A stretch of 64,000 bases of DNA from Camelus dromedarius (lineage: Eukaryota): positions 42,410,001 through 42,474,000 of the forward strand of contig NC_087436.1 in the NCBI RefSeq assembly GCF_036321535.1, written 5' to 3'. The translations under genes and the position numbers were made by a program. The number at the start of each line of letters is the position of its first letter. Position 1 is the stretch's first letter. Of the stretch, positions 37,260 through 51,935 are shown piece by piece. The notes under the pieces were generated by a model that did no database searches, had not been told where the DNA came from, and saw nothing but the letters and a program-made list of their open reading frames with translations.

Positions 37260-39540
37260 TGAATAGAAGAAAACTATTTAAAATTATGACGGAAAAAAAC
37301 CCAGCAAAGCTCATGCAAGTTGGTAAAATGCTGAAGTTATTAAAAACAGAAAGAACAGAGGGTGCTTACCATCACCATTTACATTCAACATCTTTAGGCT
37401 ATTCCAGCAAATTTAATAGGCCAAGTGAAAAACTTATTCTTATACATAATTGGCCAAAAGTAAATAAAACGAATTCTACTGACAACATGTAAAGTTTGGC
37501 AGGTGCCGAATAGTCACTCCTACCACTTTTTTTGCTAAAAAACTAGTCTTACTTGGTAACCTCCCATTTCCTTGATACTCATGGTTAAGTCCTATTGGTC
37601 TAAGTCAGTCATGGGGTTCCATCTGCATGATCAGCTACTGGTTTTGGTAGAGGCATGTAACACAAGTGTCAACAATTAGACACGATCAGAAATCTGCTGG
37701 CAATATTTGGGAAAGTAATTTTCTCAGTCTTGAGAAGGTTTCTCCCATGATGTGTGCTCTGTGTATTACTCTAATAGGAATATCACTGTGTGACACAAGA
37801 AACCGTGCAGTCATCTTGTAATAACGAGAGTTGCTAGCTGAGAGGAAGCTGACACAGTGACAGGAAACACTGGGAGGTAAAGAACCCACATCCTTGTGTC
37901 ACTTAACTAAACAATGTCAGATCTCTTCTATGTATGAAACTCATTTTGTCTGTGGAAATTAATTTTCCTTCTAGCCTAAAGCTATTGAAGTGGGATTTTG
38001 TTTGTGCTCCTTACAGAATATATTGCTATTATACTTAGAAAAATCCAATAACTTCTAGCAAAAATAATACAACAAAAATCAAAACTACTGAATAAGAAAA
38101 TGTTGGAAAATGTCTGATATAAGGTACATTTGTAGAAAACATTAACTTTTCTCTAAAGGAGCAATATCCAGGTCAAAATTTTTTTAAATTTAGGTTCATT
38201 CACAATAACAAAAGAAAAATATAAAATACATTTAACAATTGGCATAAAGGTGTATATATTTTAAAATTATAAATCTTATTAAGAGGCTTAAATAAGAAAG
38301 TATATTTTATTTTCTGGGCTGCGAAGGCAAGCATTTGTTTTACTTTCAATAACATAAAAATTTAATATACATTTAATTAAAATCCCAAATGATTATTAAT
38401 TGAATAGAATTACTTTAAATTTAAAATCTGTATGTTACTGATATGAAGGAAAAAAAGACCAAATATATCCACTGAAATAAATACACAGACACATCCCCAT
38501 GTAGACACATCCCCACACAGACACATAGATGTAATCTATGATGAAGTAATAATTTCAATTCAGTTAGCAAAAGATGGTTTATGTATAAATAGTGCTACTA
38601 CTACTGGCTCTCTGCCTGGAAAAAATAAAGATCCTATCATACACCATTTATAAAATCAATTCCAATATATTAAAATTTAAACATAAAATGTTATTTAAAA
38701 AGTAAATTTAAAAAGAAAAGAAAAGAAAATTTAGGAGATTATACATATGTAACCTAGACATCAGGGAGACTTCCAACTAAGACCAGTAAAACAGAAGTGC
38801 TAAAGACAGACATCCTAGATAGATATACTGACTATATAAAATTGATAACTTCTGCATCACTTCAGATATAAACAAAAGCAATAGACCAGGAATAGATTGC
38901 AAAATATTTCAAGGATGCTTATTACACACACAGAGTTTAATCCTATAATAAAAAGTCCTTTATGAAATGAAAACAAAAGAAAGCTAGTAGAAAAACAGGT
39001 CAAAGTGATTAATAGAAAGTGTCCAGCAGAACTAATAAAAAGGATTAAAAATATATGCTCATCTCGTAAGTAGCCAGGGAAACAATAATTAAAGTAATAG
39101 TGATATATAACTCTTATCATGACCAACTAGGTTAAAATTTAAGAGTGATAATAAATTGGTTCAATCATTTTGGAAAATGGCCATTAGCTACTTGATTGAT
39201 TATTAGCTACATAATGCTTATAAATGCTGGCCCAGACATAGGGGGAGCCAATATCCTCTTGTGGGTTTCATTTACACAGTTCTCACCTAATGAGAGCCCT
39301 GAAAAAACTGCCTCCTGAGTAAACTTCAGTGGAGAGGTAGAAACTCTAAGAAAGAATCCAACGAAAATACTAGAAAAAAAATAGTAGCTGTTCACTACAG
39401 CACTGTATAAACTTGGCAGTGATTTGGGGGAAGAGGATGGTTGGAAACAGAATGCCCAGCAATTGAAAAATGATTGAATAATTAGTAAATGAGCCATTTC
39501 ATGAAATCGTCTGCAGCCGTTAAAATGAATGAGTTGATGA
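37260..39540 (+). mobile_element. Highly degraded L1ME-type ORF2 3' half, interrupted by MLT1
   Basis: accatcaccatttacattcaacat; tatacttagaaaaatccaa; aaaagatggtttatgtataaatagtgct; cataccattttataaaatcaattcc; ttcactacagcactgtat. Confidence 0.65.
37488..38015 (+). mobile_element. MLT1J/K-type MaLR LTR
   Basis: ttggtctaagtcagtcatgg…ggcatgtaacacaa…gaaatctgctgg…gcagtcatcttg…gaggaagctgacac…taaagctattgaagtgggatttt. Confidence 0.65.
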
Positions 39541-40237
39541 AAATAAAACGTCCTATTTCAACTCTTTGGTCTTTATTTTTGTGGCCTAAAGCGGTCAGTT
39601 TTCTGCTTTTGAAATATCCAAGTACATAAATAAATATGCCTCTCTAAAATCTACTTTATTATTCATGCTTATTTGCTCTTCTATATTCATAGTGTCTGTT
39701 TGTTCATCATGGGCTCATGTGATAAAGTTTCATGTAACTGTTGTTTTTCTATGGATTTTTTGCCTTGTATTTTATCTAGTTTTTGATTTATGAAATTTGA
39801 GGCTATGTTATTAACTGGATGAATGATCAAGCAAGATCTTCACAGTTTGTTTTCAGGACCACTTGTAAGATATTTTAATCTTCATTTTTACTTTGTGAAA
39901 AGTATCTTCATTGCTAATTTATTTGTGTTTGCATTTGCTTAGAATGCTTTTGCACATCCTTTTGCTTTCAATTTTTTCTCAACTATTTTATTGTAGATGT
40001 ACTTTTTTATATGGTAATCAGATATTGATTTTGATTCAGAGAATATTTCTTTTTAAAAATATGTTTATATCATTTTAAAACTTAAAACAACAAATAGTTT
40101 TACCTTAATTTTGTTATCTTACTTTATATATTCAGTGTTAAATGCTTTATTCATTTTCTTTATTTTCTCATTTGGTTTTCATTTTCTTTGAGGTATATGT
40201 GTATTAGTATGTGTTCTCCATTTGATAATCCTTAAAT

Positions 40238-43200
40238 GTTTTTTTATTGTGATAAAAACCACATAACATAAAATATATCTCCCTAACCTTATTAACCATT
40301 TTAAATTAGAAGTAGTAGTATCTATTTTGTCCATTGTTGTGCAACAGGTCTCTAGAACTGTTTCATTTTATAAAACTGAAAATCTATGTCCACTCAACAA
40401 CAGTTCCACGTTTTCCTTTCCCCCAAGCCCCTGGCAACCACCATTTTACTTTCTATTTATAAGAGTTTGACTATTCTAAATACTTGATATAAATAGAGTT
40501 ATAAATATTAATCTAGTATTTGTCTTTTTATGACTGGCTTATTTTACTTAGTGTAATATCTGCAGTTTATTCATGTAGTCATATGTGGCAGTATTTCCTT
40601 TCTTCTTAAGACTAAATGATATCCTATTGTATCTAACATCTTTTCTTTATCCATTCATCTGCCTATGGATATTTAAGTTGTTTCCACACTTTGGCATCTA
40701 TTAATAATGTTGGAATAAACATGGGGGTGCTAATATTTCTTCAAGATCTTGATTTCAATTTTGGGGGGGATAATAATCCAGAAGTGGGATTGCTGGATCT
40801 TATGGTAGTTGTATTTGTAATTTTTTGAGGAAACTTCATACTGTTTTCCATAATGACTGCACTATTTTACATCCCCACAAACACTGCACAATGGTTCTGG
40901 CTTCTCCACATCCTCATCAACACTTGTTATTGTCTGTTTTTTAATAATGTCATCCTAACTGGTGTGAGGTGAAATCAAACTATGGTTTAGACTTTAATTT
41001 TCCTAATGATTAGTGATGTTGATTATCTTTACCTATGATTACTGAACATTTGTATTTCTTCTTTGGAGAAATGTTTATTCAAGTTCTTTGCCCATTTTTA
41101 AATGAAATTTTTGTTTGCTTGTTTTTGAGTTATGGAAGGTTCTTTATATATTCTGGATATAATCCCTTATCAGATATATGGTTTGCAAATACTTTCTCCC
41201 ACTCCAGAGGTTGCCTTTTCACCCTGCTGATTATTTTCTTTGCTGCACAGAATTTTTTAAGTTTTATGTGGCTCCATATGCCTGTTTTTGCTTTTGTTTC
41301 CTGTAGTTTTGGTGTCATATCCAAGAAATCACTGCTAAATTTAATATCATGAAGATTTCCCCTATGTTTTCTTCTAAGAGTTCTTTAGTTCAGGTCTCAT
41401 GTTTAAGTCTTTAATCAATTATAAGTTAATTGTTGCATATAATATAAGGTAAGAACTCAACTTCATTTTTTTACATGTGGATATCCAATTTTCCCATCAC
41501 TGTTTATGGAAGAGACTATCTTTTCTCCGTTGATAGTGTCAGCAATTTTCCAAAGATCATTTAACCATACACGTGAGAATTTACTTCTGGGTTCTGTATG
41601 TTGTTCCATTGGCCAATGTGTTTTCTTTATGCCAGTAGTATACTATTTTTCTTAGATTACCTTAAGAGTTTGTCAATTTTGCTGATTTTTTCAAGGAAAC
41701 AACTCTTAGGTTTATTGATTTTTTTCTATTTTCTTACAATTTCTATGCTGTTATTTATTATTTCATTCCTTCTGACATTGGGTTTAGTTAGCTCTTCATT
41801 TTCTAGTTGCCTGATGTGTAAAGTTTGGTTGTTTATTTAAGATCTTTCTTCTTTTTTAATGTATTTACCAGTATAAACTTCCTCTTAATACTTCTTTTGC
41901 GATATCCCCTAAGTTTTGATATGCTGTATTTTTATTTTCATTTGTCTTCAGATATTTTTTAATTTTCCTCATGATTCTTCTTTGACCCATTGGTTGTTCA
42001 AAAGTGTGTTGTTTAATTCTCATATATTTGTGAATTTTCCAATTTTACTTTGATATTGATTTCTAGTATTATTCACTGTGATTGGAAAGGATCACATGGT
42101 ATGATTTCAATATTCTTACATGTGTTGAGATTAGTTTTGTGACTTAACACACGATCCATCCTGGAAATTGTCCCACATATGCTTGAGAAGAATGTTTGTT
42201 CTGCTGTCTTTGTGTAGAGTGCTCTGTACATGTCTGTCAGGTCTAATTGGTCTATGGTGTTGTTCCAGTCCTCAAGTTGTTTCCTTGTTAATCTTCTGTC
42301 TGGTTGATCTATCCCTAATTGAAAGTGGAATATTGAAATCTCTTACTATTGTCATTTTACTATCTATTTCTCCTTTCAAGTCTGTCAGTGTTCGCTTCAT
42401 ATATTTGGGTACTCTGCTGTTAGATGCATATATAACAATTTATAATTGTTATATCTTCCTACTGTACTGATACTATCATTATATAGTATCTTTGCTATGA
42501 CAGTTTTTGACTTAAAATCTATTTTGTCTGATATAAGTATGGCCACTTCTGCTCTCTTTCGATTACTATTTGTATGAAGTATCTTTTTCCAGCCTTTCAC
42601 TTTCAGCCTGTTTTCATTCTTATATCTAAAGTGAGTCTCTTTTAAGCAGCATATAGCTGGACCTTGTTTTATTTTTAAATCCATTTAGCCACTGTCTTTT
42701 GATTGAGGAGTCTGATCTATTTACATTTAAAGTGATTACTGATAGCAAAGAACTTACTATTGCCATTTTGTTAATTGTCTTCTGTTTGTCTTACAGTTAT
42801 TTTGTACCTATTTTCCCCTCTTGCTACCTTTGTGTTTTATTGATTTTTCTGTAGTGGCGTGCTTTGATTCCTTTCTCATTTTCTTTTGTGCAAATTCTAT
42901 AGGTATTTTCTTTATATGGTTACCATGGGAATTAAATATTCTTTAGTTCTAGACTTTCTGTTTGGTTCTATTTTATAGCTTTTATCTCTTTGCTGATAAT
43001 TCTCATTTTGTGAATGTGTAATTACCCTGATTTGCTTAGTTGTCTATCCATGTTCCCTGTGGTATATTGAGCTTCTTTAAGAAAATTATATGCAATACTT
43101 GTCAGGTAATTCATATATCTCTGTTTCTGTAAGGTCAGTTTCTGAAAATTTACTTGGTTTCTTTGACTGGGCCATGTTTTTCTGCTTCTTCATGTGTCCT

Positions 43201-43780
43201 GTTATATTTTGTTGGATTTTGTGTTTGGAAAAACACCCATCTTTCCCAGTCTTTATGAACTGGCTTCATAGAGGAAAATACCTTCACCAGTCAGCCCAGC
43301 TAAAGATTCTGGGGGCCTCTCACACCCTTTGTGGACATGCACTGTCTCTGGGCTTGGGCATTTAGCTTCCAAACTGGAGAGTCTGGACAGTTTCTTTGTC
43401 AGGAGCTGGTCATCTCTTACTTCACCTGGTGTCTTTCTGTAGTACTGCAGGTTCTCTGGCACTACCACAAGCTACTCTTTTGTTCTCAATGGCCCCCATG
43501 CTTACAAAGCATGTCAGTTCCTCATTCCAGAGTCAGGTCAGAAACTAGATCCTTGGGCAACTCCCGGTAAAGTCCGAACATTGGACACTTGGTCTGCTTT
43601 TCTCTTTTTCTCCCATGGATAAGCTGCAAAGTGGTCTCCCCCCACCCCCACCCCACTCCCTGCTCCATCACAGCAGGCAGCTCACTTCTATCTGCAGTAT
43701 TATAAGTTCTCTGGTGCTGCCAAAGGCCACTAAGCTCTTTTGTACTTTCTTGTTCTCATCCAAAGTATGCCGGTACCAAG
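40238..43780 (-). mobile_element. L1MA/L1MB-type element with internal deletions (3'UTR, ORF2 C-terminus, EN domain, ORF1 N-terminal piece, 5'UTR-like part)
   Basis: T-tail at 40239; ORF 41130-41324 (DMTPKLQETKAK…IKLKKFCAAK…RVKRQPLEWEKVFANHISDKGL); ORF 42397-42684 EN (ICCLKETHF…RLKVKGWKKI…AEVAILISDKIDFK); RT core missing at ~41645, most of ORF1 missing at ~42935. Confidence 0.9.
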
Positions 43781-45194
43781 TCAATTCTTAGAGGCTGTTT
43801 TTGGTTCCTTCAGAGTTACTCTTTGTAACTCTGTCTAATATACTTACCTATGTATTTATTTATAAATTAGAATCCCTTTGAATTCCTGACACAGAAGAAA
43901 ATGAATTGCATTTATGCTTTGTTCTAATCATCTGTCACACAGTTCCAAATTTTCATTAGTCAATCATTTTACATTTTAATGTTCATAATACAATAGTTTG
44001 TTCCACAAACCACAATTTCTGTAAGTTTGGCCTTCATCCAAAATTTAAGAGTTATCAATGCCTTTTTCACTTCTTCATTTATATTGTGACTTCATCATTT
44101 TAGTTACTTATTTCGATGCAAGTCCTGATTAATTTTGCCATCAAGTATTGTATTTTTACATTCAATAATGATACAAGTGCTAAATGTCTTAAGTTCTTTT
44201 GTGTTTCATAACGTCTGTTGTCTATATTGGAATAATAGCTTGTTTAGTTATATAATTATTTGATTGCCATTTCTTTCCACTGTGTTTTCTAGACTAATCA
44301 CCCCATCTTCTAGCACTGAAGAAGTCTGGGGCCAGTCTGCTTTTCCCTTCATAACTGCCTCACCATTTTTTTGTATAAACTCTCTCCTTGAGGTGTGACA
44401 ATTTCATCAAGGTATTTCCAGGGATTAGTTTCTCTTTATCAGTTTTTCCTGGAACACAACTTGTCTTATTTCAAAAATGCTCCTTTTATAATACAGTTAA
44501 CTGTCTTATTGCTTTTTTTTTTTTTTTTTTTTGCTTTGCTTTGCTTTCTTTAGGGAAAAAAAAGCATAAATTGAATACATTTTGTCTATCTTTCATACAC
44601 ATCAATTCATCTGTAATCATTTTTATTTTCTATATTTAAATAATTTTAATGACAATTTACAAAATTCCTCCATTTCCTTAACAATTTTTCAGCAGATTTA
44701 ATTCTATTTTTTCTGCTTTTAAGATGACTTCTATTTTTGTGATGCCCTTACTGTAACTTTTATTATTTTCCAACATCTGGGAGATCATCTTTCACTCTCT
44801 CCTATTATCTGTTCTTTCATCTAGTCCATTCGTGTCTTCTTTGATTATTATCTCTTATTAGAAATCATTTTCAATTTTAAATATATGTTCTCATTAATCT
44901 TTCTTTTTATTTAATCTTTAGTTCATTTTCTTTTCTTCCTTTCATTTTGTAGTATCATATGTAACTCCTTGCTTATGCTTGAGCTCATTACTTAAGTAGT
45001 TATTTCATCTGGGCTAGTCATCTACTTAAGACTGTTTCAGGGCAAGGCCAGTAGAGGTAACTGGTCATTTGAAATAATTTTAATTTGAATATATCTGCCC
45101 CAGTTCACTTATTCTAATAAGTTTTGTTCTATATCCTTGGGATATGGCATTCATTGGGGGTGGGGGATGCTCTAAAGACATGCTACTATCTTCA

Positions 45195-45365
45195 GTTGGA
45201 ATCCTGGCACTCCACTTGTCAGCTATGTGATAGAAAGTCATTTAACTTTGCTGTGCCTCAGTATTCTGGTCCCTAAAATTGGGATAAGGATGACAATACC
45301 TGCTTTGTAGGGTGGTTGAGAAGCTTAAATGGGTGAGTAAATGTATAGTGTTTAAAATGGTGATT
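45195..45365 (+). mobile_element. MIR SINE
   Basis: gaatcctggcactccacttgtcagctatgtga…tttaactttgctgtgcctcagt…aaaattgggataa…tagggtggttgagaagcttaaatg. Confidence 0.8.
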
Positions 45366-46401
45366 TGCATTTTTTTTTTTTTTTGCCTAATTGATTTTGA
45401 TCTAGAAGACCATCTCCTCTCTTCACCATGTGGCTACTGATCCTTTTATATTCGTATTCTAATGATTTCATTAAAGTACTTTTAATTTTTAATTAATTTA
45501 TGTTCTTAATTGATAGAATATTTCTAATCTATTCCAGACTAGGTAGGATATAAGTAAAAAGGAATAAATAATTGAATTTTTTAAAAAGATCAAATTGTAA
45601 GCATGGGGTACATATATGGGATTGCTGAGTATTTTTTCTTCCCTTTTTTATATTAATTAATGTCCCATTTTACTATTAAAATTTGAGAGCAACCTAGCAT
45701 CACTGTATTTATTCCCCCAAAATAAGAAACTATTTTATTTTTCTCAGGAGACTCATGGGGGAAACAAGCTGTATCCCCACAATGTTTAACCAAAATGAGG
45801 CAGCTACAAGCAGGGCAGACCACCATCCCCCGCTCCTGACACGTGAGGTTGAATAAAGAGAGAGTGTATCACCCCAATGTCAACACCATGGAAATACAAC
45901 CATTATTATAAACAATAAAACCACCCACAAACAAAAGGTTGTCTAAAATATATGATCATAATTATTCTCCCTGCTATTTAAACATAGTGGATATGGTATC
46001 CATAATTGCAAAATGTAATTTTTATGCTTAGTATTATTTTTCATATTACTAATGTATAGGAATTATCAATCCATGAATAAATGCCAGATGAAATGTATAT
46101 ATGTAATTATCAATATAATTCATTTTATCAAATAAGCCAAATCCTGAATCTTCTACCTCCTAAAACCACTTTGCATTTATGGGTGTTTTAGGTTTCTACT
46201 ACTATATTATTTAATTCTTCATTTGATCTATTAGTCATATGTAGATTTTTTAATCTTTGTGAAATTTTCTTCTTGCTCACAGTCTAAAGCCTGTTGCTAT
46301 GACTTCTTCCTTATCCTTCCTTATTTGTTTAAATTAGTATGGTTGCATATTACTCTTATTTTCTCCTATGAATTATGAGTATTATTAAAAGGCACATTTT
46401 T

Positions 46402-46896
46402 CTCCCTTCCTCCAGCTTTACTGAATATAACTGACATACAACACTCTGTAAGTTTAAGGTGTATAACATGATGATCTGATATACAAATATTTTGTGAAAC
46501 TGTTACCACAGTAAGATTAGTTACGATTAGTTATCATCACACATAATTACCTTTGTGTGCTTGTGTGTGATAAAAACATTTAAGATCTCTTCTCTTAGCA
46601 ACTTTCAAGTATTCAATCTAGTATTGTTAACTATAGTCACCACACTGTACATTGGATCCTAACAACTTATTTATTTTACAACTGGAAGTTCATTACCCTT
46701 TGACCAACATCTTATTTCCCCCATCCCCAGCTCCAATCTACTCTATCTATGTTTTTTAGAGTCCACATATAAGTAACACCAAACAGTATCTTTGTCTGAC
46801 ATTTCCTTGGCATAACGCTCTTAAGTTTCATCCTGTTGTCACAAATGGCAGGATTCCCTTCTTTTTTATCATGAATATTCCATTGTATGTCTATTC
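46402..46896 (-). mobile_element. 5'-truncated L1 3' end (L1MA9/L1_Art-like) with 9-bp TSD
   Basis: agctttactgaatataactgacatacaaca…ctcttagcaactttcaagt…gttgtcacaaatggcaggatt; flanks cacattttt (46393-46401) and cacattttt (46897-46905) followed by aaaa. Confidence 0.85.
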
Positions 46897-49792
46897 CACA
46901 TTTTTAAAATGCATGTAGAACTATTTTATGTAAAATATTGTTTTTTTATAGAGAATATCCCAGACAAATGCACATCCTTTTTATTGTTGGAAGTAGACCC
47001 CATGATATCTTTCTTGTTATGAAATGAAATGATGAAAAAAGAAAAGAAAAATAGGAGGAAGAGGATGAGAAGAACAAGAAAAACAAAGAGAACATGGAAA
47101 AGACGGTGATAGCAATTATAGGTCTTATGCAGTTAATATGTTTTTATATGAACCAAAACCAAAAAAATTTGTGGTCAGGTATTACCTTTTATTTCCTATT
47201 TAAAAAATGAAAATGAACTGTCTTATACAAATATATGTAACACTCTAAACGTGCAAAGGTAAGTCTATTGTTAATACCTTTTACACCCAGTATAGCTAAT
47301 GGTCAATATGTATGTTAAAAATGGTATAAAATTTTAATTAAATTAATATTCAAATACTACACAGCCATGATTTTATATTTATTTTTCTAAAAATCTATCT
47401 GATGTTAAAGAACTTGCATAAATATATGACTAATCATGCTTATTTTTTTATTTTCCAAAATTATGTAATATGATTAAATAATCAGCTCTTCCAGAGCAGT
47501 TAGGAATACAAAGGCTTCATTCCTAAGTAGCATCATTTTGTAAGAAAATTCTGGAAGATGAGTAGAGGGGGAACTAATGAAAGAAAGAAGGTGAAGGAAA
47601 AGAAAATGAATAGACGTTTACTGGCAACAATCAAAATTCCTGTCCTGCTATTTTAAACAGAAATGGAGAACAACAGAACTCTTAATAGACTACAAATCAC
47701 TTGACAGGACAAGAGATAGCCTGTAACAAGAACTGAGTATCAACCTAAGCAAAGTTACTCACTAAAAGAAAAGAGAATTAAGATTAGCATCCTGGGTTTG
47801 ACCTAAAAATATTTAACACTTCAACTGAGGTGGAATAGAACTCACTTACTTCTAGCAAGAACTTCCTTTGTCCTGTGAACTCATAGCACTTACACATCTC
47901 TTTTTGTAAAATCCTACACTTCTTTGTGACATCTCATAAATTAGATTATTATTTAACATTTTGTAAGAATTCAAAATGCTATGGCACCTATTTTATAAAC
48001 CTCTCTCCAGTAGGGCTCTTCTTGCTATCTTGAAGCACACCTACTATAACGATGTATACCTCCTGCCATAATTATCTCTATGTTCCCATTCCACTCAGAC
48101 ATTTATTAATGGACACAAAAGATTGTTCAGGCCTTCATATTTGTTGTTCCATCTCTGATTGCTAATTAAGCAAGAGCTGGCCTTTAACAAGCCTTTCCAT
48201 CCTTCCCGTTCCTATTCTTTTTCTTTTCAGACATTAAGTTTTTTCTTGCAAAGTAAACCATTTATTCATGTGATAGGCTTATAAAAAATTTGTCATCCTA
48301 TCTTGCTTCTACCCTGAGCTCCAAATTTCCAATATTGTGATATTTAATTGCAATGATAAATATGTAGACATGAAAAGTTATTGTCTCATTTTTCTTCTAC
48401 AGCTAAAGATTCTCACTGTGTACCTTTTCTCTGGGATCTGACTACATTTAGAAGTCTAGAAAGCATTTTTTGTATTTTTCCTTTGACAAGGTGTTTCAGA
48501 GATACAACTCTCTCCTTGGTTCACATTTTGATTTATAGGGACTACAGATGTTTAAATTTTTAGATCCTAATTTTCCTTTCTCTTATATGTTCTCACCCCC
48601 CAAACTCACATAAACACAGCACTTCTGCAAATATACATTGAACAGCTACAGATTACTGATTAGCAAGAAGCTCTGTGAAACAGGAAGGGAAAAGAATATA
48701 AGAAATGTGGCCTCAATAAAAAAATACAATCCCACTAAAACATTTTTAGTCTGACCTTATGTAGAACCTACTTAAGTGTTATCAGAATATTCCCATCCAG
48801 AAGACTGTGATGGAAATTTAATCTTTGAATTTATGTAAACTAATAATATATGTGCACACTCACTTTCATGTGTATATATCAAATGATGTCCCCATAAGCA
48901 TACATAAATAAATATCTAGTATGAAGAGGAGCAATACTGAATCGTATAAAGCTAATAAAATTTACAGATCACTGAAAATTAGGTGGTAAAGCAATGTGAA
49001 ATAAAATTCTGAATTAAATTAACATTTTCAAAAAATATAGATTTACAAATATACTATAAATCGGAAGTGAAAAACTGGTGACCTGCAGGAAAAATCCATC
49101 ACACAAATTTATTGCAGTTATTCAGATGACCACGTTGGTCATCACAGCTTCTTAAACTTAAAATAAAATTATTTGTCAACATTTAAATATATGTGAATTC
49201 CCACGAAATCTAAATAGCTGGCCTTTTAAAAAATCAAATTTCCAGCAATACTGGCCCTTAATTCCCAAAAGATGATACTCAGCTGGAGCTATGCTGGAGC
49301 TTGTCCTCATGGTTTTAGGGCATTTCTGTCTTCCTATTGCTTCTGCTGGCCTGAGGACAAGTGTCTGTTGCCTAATGGTTTTACAGATGAACATTTAAAA
49401 AATGTTCTGATGTCGATATTCTGTCAAAAATAGGAAAAAAAAAAGATCAGCAGAGATGGCTATGTATTTCAAAATAAGGTGGGCGTGAGAGAGGGGAGGA
49501 GCATATGGTGGAAACATAGACTTTCTACATGTTCAATATCAAGCAATAAAGGAAAGTTTTGTAAAAAAGAGTAGTCTTGCCTGCTGTACTCATTTATTCA
49601 TGCCATGCAAAATTGTAAACTTTGTTTTAAAAGACGTATCTGTTCCTGTTTCCCTATCAGATCAGAAAGAATAAACAGAAATATTCTAACACTGCCAAAT
49701 TCACATTCACCTTGTTTATTATTCCTTACCCAACTCTACTTCTATTTCACCACTTACGTTAAAAATACTACCATGTGTTTTAACTCCATAGC

Positions 49793-49975
49793 AGGGGTTT
49801 TCAATGCTGGCTGCACACTAGACTCACCTGGGGACTTTAAAAATATTGCTGCCATGCCCCCACCCCTAGAGCCGTTCTTACTTAATATGTATAGAATGTG
49901 GCTTTTGCATAGTGTTTTTTTTTTTAAAAAAGCTCCCTATGCGATGCTAATGGGCATCCGCAATTAAAATCTCTG
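49793..49975. mobile_element. MER5B-like hAT-Charlie MITE
   Basis: caggggttttcaatgctggctgcacactagactcacctggggactttaaaaa…ccccacccctagag…aaagctccc…gatgctaatg. Confidence 0.75.
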
Positions 49976-50111
49976 CTCTAAGGACTGAGCCGCCTTTTAA
50001 GCACTGAGTACATGCACCCTCTGCTCTCTCTCACTTTGCAAATTTCATGAGTGCATCTAGGCACTTAACCTGCTTAGGTCTAATATATTTCTTTATAAAA
50101 TGCTGTAGGAA

Positions 50112-50555
50112 GTGTCACAGGGCCAGTTCTTCCAAAAGTCAACCCAAGACAAGGATTCCAATGAAAGAATATAATATACATGCTTCCAGGAGTAATCAGA
50201 AAGGCTGTGAGGAGAGAAGAATAAGGGAAATGAGACAAACCAAGCACAGGTGAATTTTCAGAATAATTGGTTTGATACCAAGAGGAGCTTTGAGGTGTAA
50301 ATTACACCTATAGTAAGATCACACTATGCATGAAAAGCAGCTGGGCTTTTGAACTCCTGCACCAGTCATTGACTTTGGGGGCTTCGGAAATAGAGCACGT
50401 CCCAAGAACTCTCTGTACATCCAGCAACCTCTACAGGTGAGAAGATGCCACTGCAACCCTCCAAAGGTCACAAGAAAGCACTCAGAAGGTGGGGGATGAG
50501 TGCACAGAGCTAGAATGTGGGATCCTAGGGGCACCGGTGTGGGACACCATGCTCC
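50112..50555 (-). mobile_element. LTR33-like ERVL solo LTR
   Basis: acccaagacaaggattc…gcagctgggcttttgaactcctgcaccagtcattg…gggatcctaggggcacc. Confidence 0.55.
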
Positions 50556-51724
50556 TGCAGAGGGAAGGTGCAGGATGGTGGTGGAGGGCGTGTTGGTGTT
50601 GAACTAGAAGATCTCCAAGACATTTTTCAGGTTAAAGAAAATAAGTAAAGCTACAAAATGTTATTTGAAACAAGCCCTTTGGATCTTTTACTTGTAACTA
50701 ATAAACATTTAAAGATTTTACTTTGTCTCTGCCTCAATAATCTTTTGATTCCTGTTTTGGTAACTGCTTGACAGTTTGACAAGGATACTAATACCTAAAA
50801 CTTAGTCCTTTCAAGCAAGATTAAGGAAATACTTTAGTGCTTTAATAAAGAAAACATTCTTCAGCATGATACCTGTTGGGTCTTGATGCTATGTATTTGT
50901 AATAAAATTTGGAGTTATGTAACATGACCAAAGATTTACATAAATGAACATATATATAGAAGAGATGATATATTTTTATAGTTGCCAAATACTTATTAAA
51001 TAATTATAAGAATATGTAAAAATAATTAATGCATTAAGCAAAAGACATCTATATACAATTTAGCCTCTGTCATCTGTTTTAATCAGAAGTCCCATAACGG
51101 ACTGTCTAAGACTTATGTTCAGATGATTTAGGCTTAACTGCAATTACATTTTCTCACTTGCAGAAAATGCAGAGAACAGAAAGCAAGAACAGATCTTCAG
51201 GCAGTTTAAATTCTTTTGATATGAAAAACTATAATAAATGAAACACAACATTTTCACCCAAAATGAAAAATGATAACTCAGTAATTTACCCTAAAAAGTA
51301 CTGTAGTAATCCCAAGGATAATATTTTCAAGCATATTAAATTTGACTTTCTGAGACAATAATGTCTTGGAAGAGCACCAGTGTTATAGAAATTCACAGTA
51401 CAACCTCAACATTAGCCACAGAAAATAAATCTAGGAATTCTGACCCAGTTTTCTGACCACAGTCTCTGCAACTTTACCCCTTTTAAAAATACATCAGAGT
51501 TGCTTTTTGCTATTGTCAGCAAACTGCCAAAATACCTACATTAAATAAATAGGACAGGACTAGAACATAGTCAAAAATTAAATTCCTTGACATTCTTTTC
51601 TTTAAATTAGTAATTAAGTGAAATAAATTAACACTAAATAAATAATGTTAAATAAATTAACATTGTAAGAAAAATGGATATGCATGCCTGTGTGTGTGTT
51701 AGGGGAAGGAAATAATTTATGTAT

Positions 51725-51935
51725 CTATTTGCCTGCATTATACCATGTATATCATATCAATTATTTCATTTAATACAACAGTCCTAATAAATATGCTAAG
51801 AAAATTACAGGGTAGGAAACATATTAAACAGGTATAATTATTTGCCCCAGGTGACAGAGCTATTAACTCTGAAGTTGAGATCAAAATCTCAGTCTGTCTG
51901 CCTTCAAAGTTTATGTTCTTTTTTTACTACGCCAA
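51725..51935 (-). mobile_element. MIR SINE
   Basis: ttatttcatttaatacaacagtcct…ttacagggtaggaaac…taattatttgccccaggtgacagagcta…agtctgtctgccttcaaagt. Confidence 0.65.

Noticed and set aside
36000..39540. Opposed L1ME fragments meeting at ~37255, resembling a twin-priming inversion
   Set aside because: Both arms appear to cover overlapping post-RT parts of ORF2, which fits two independent old insertions better; too degraded to resolve.
41630..41660. RT-core deletion in this L1 and similarly at ~4685, suggesting systematic RT loss in the window
   Set aside because: Internal deletions are ordinary in old L1 copies; the breakpoints differ and no shared mechanism is visible.
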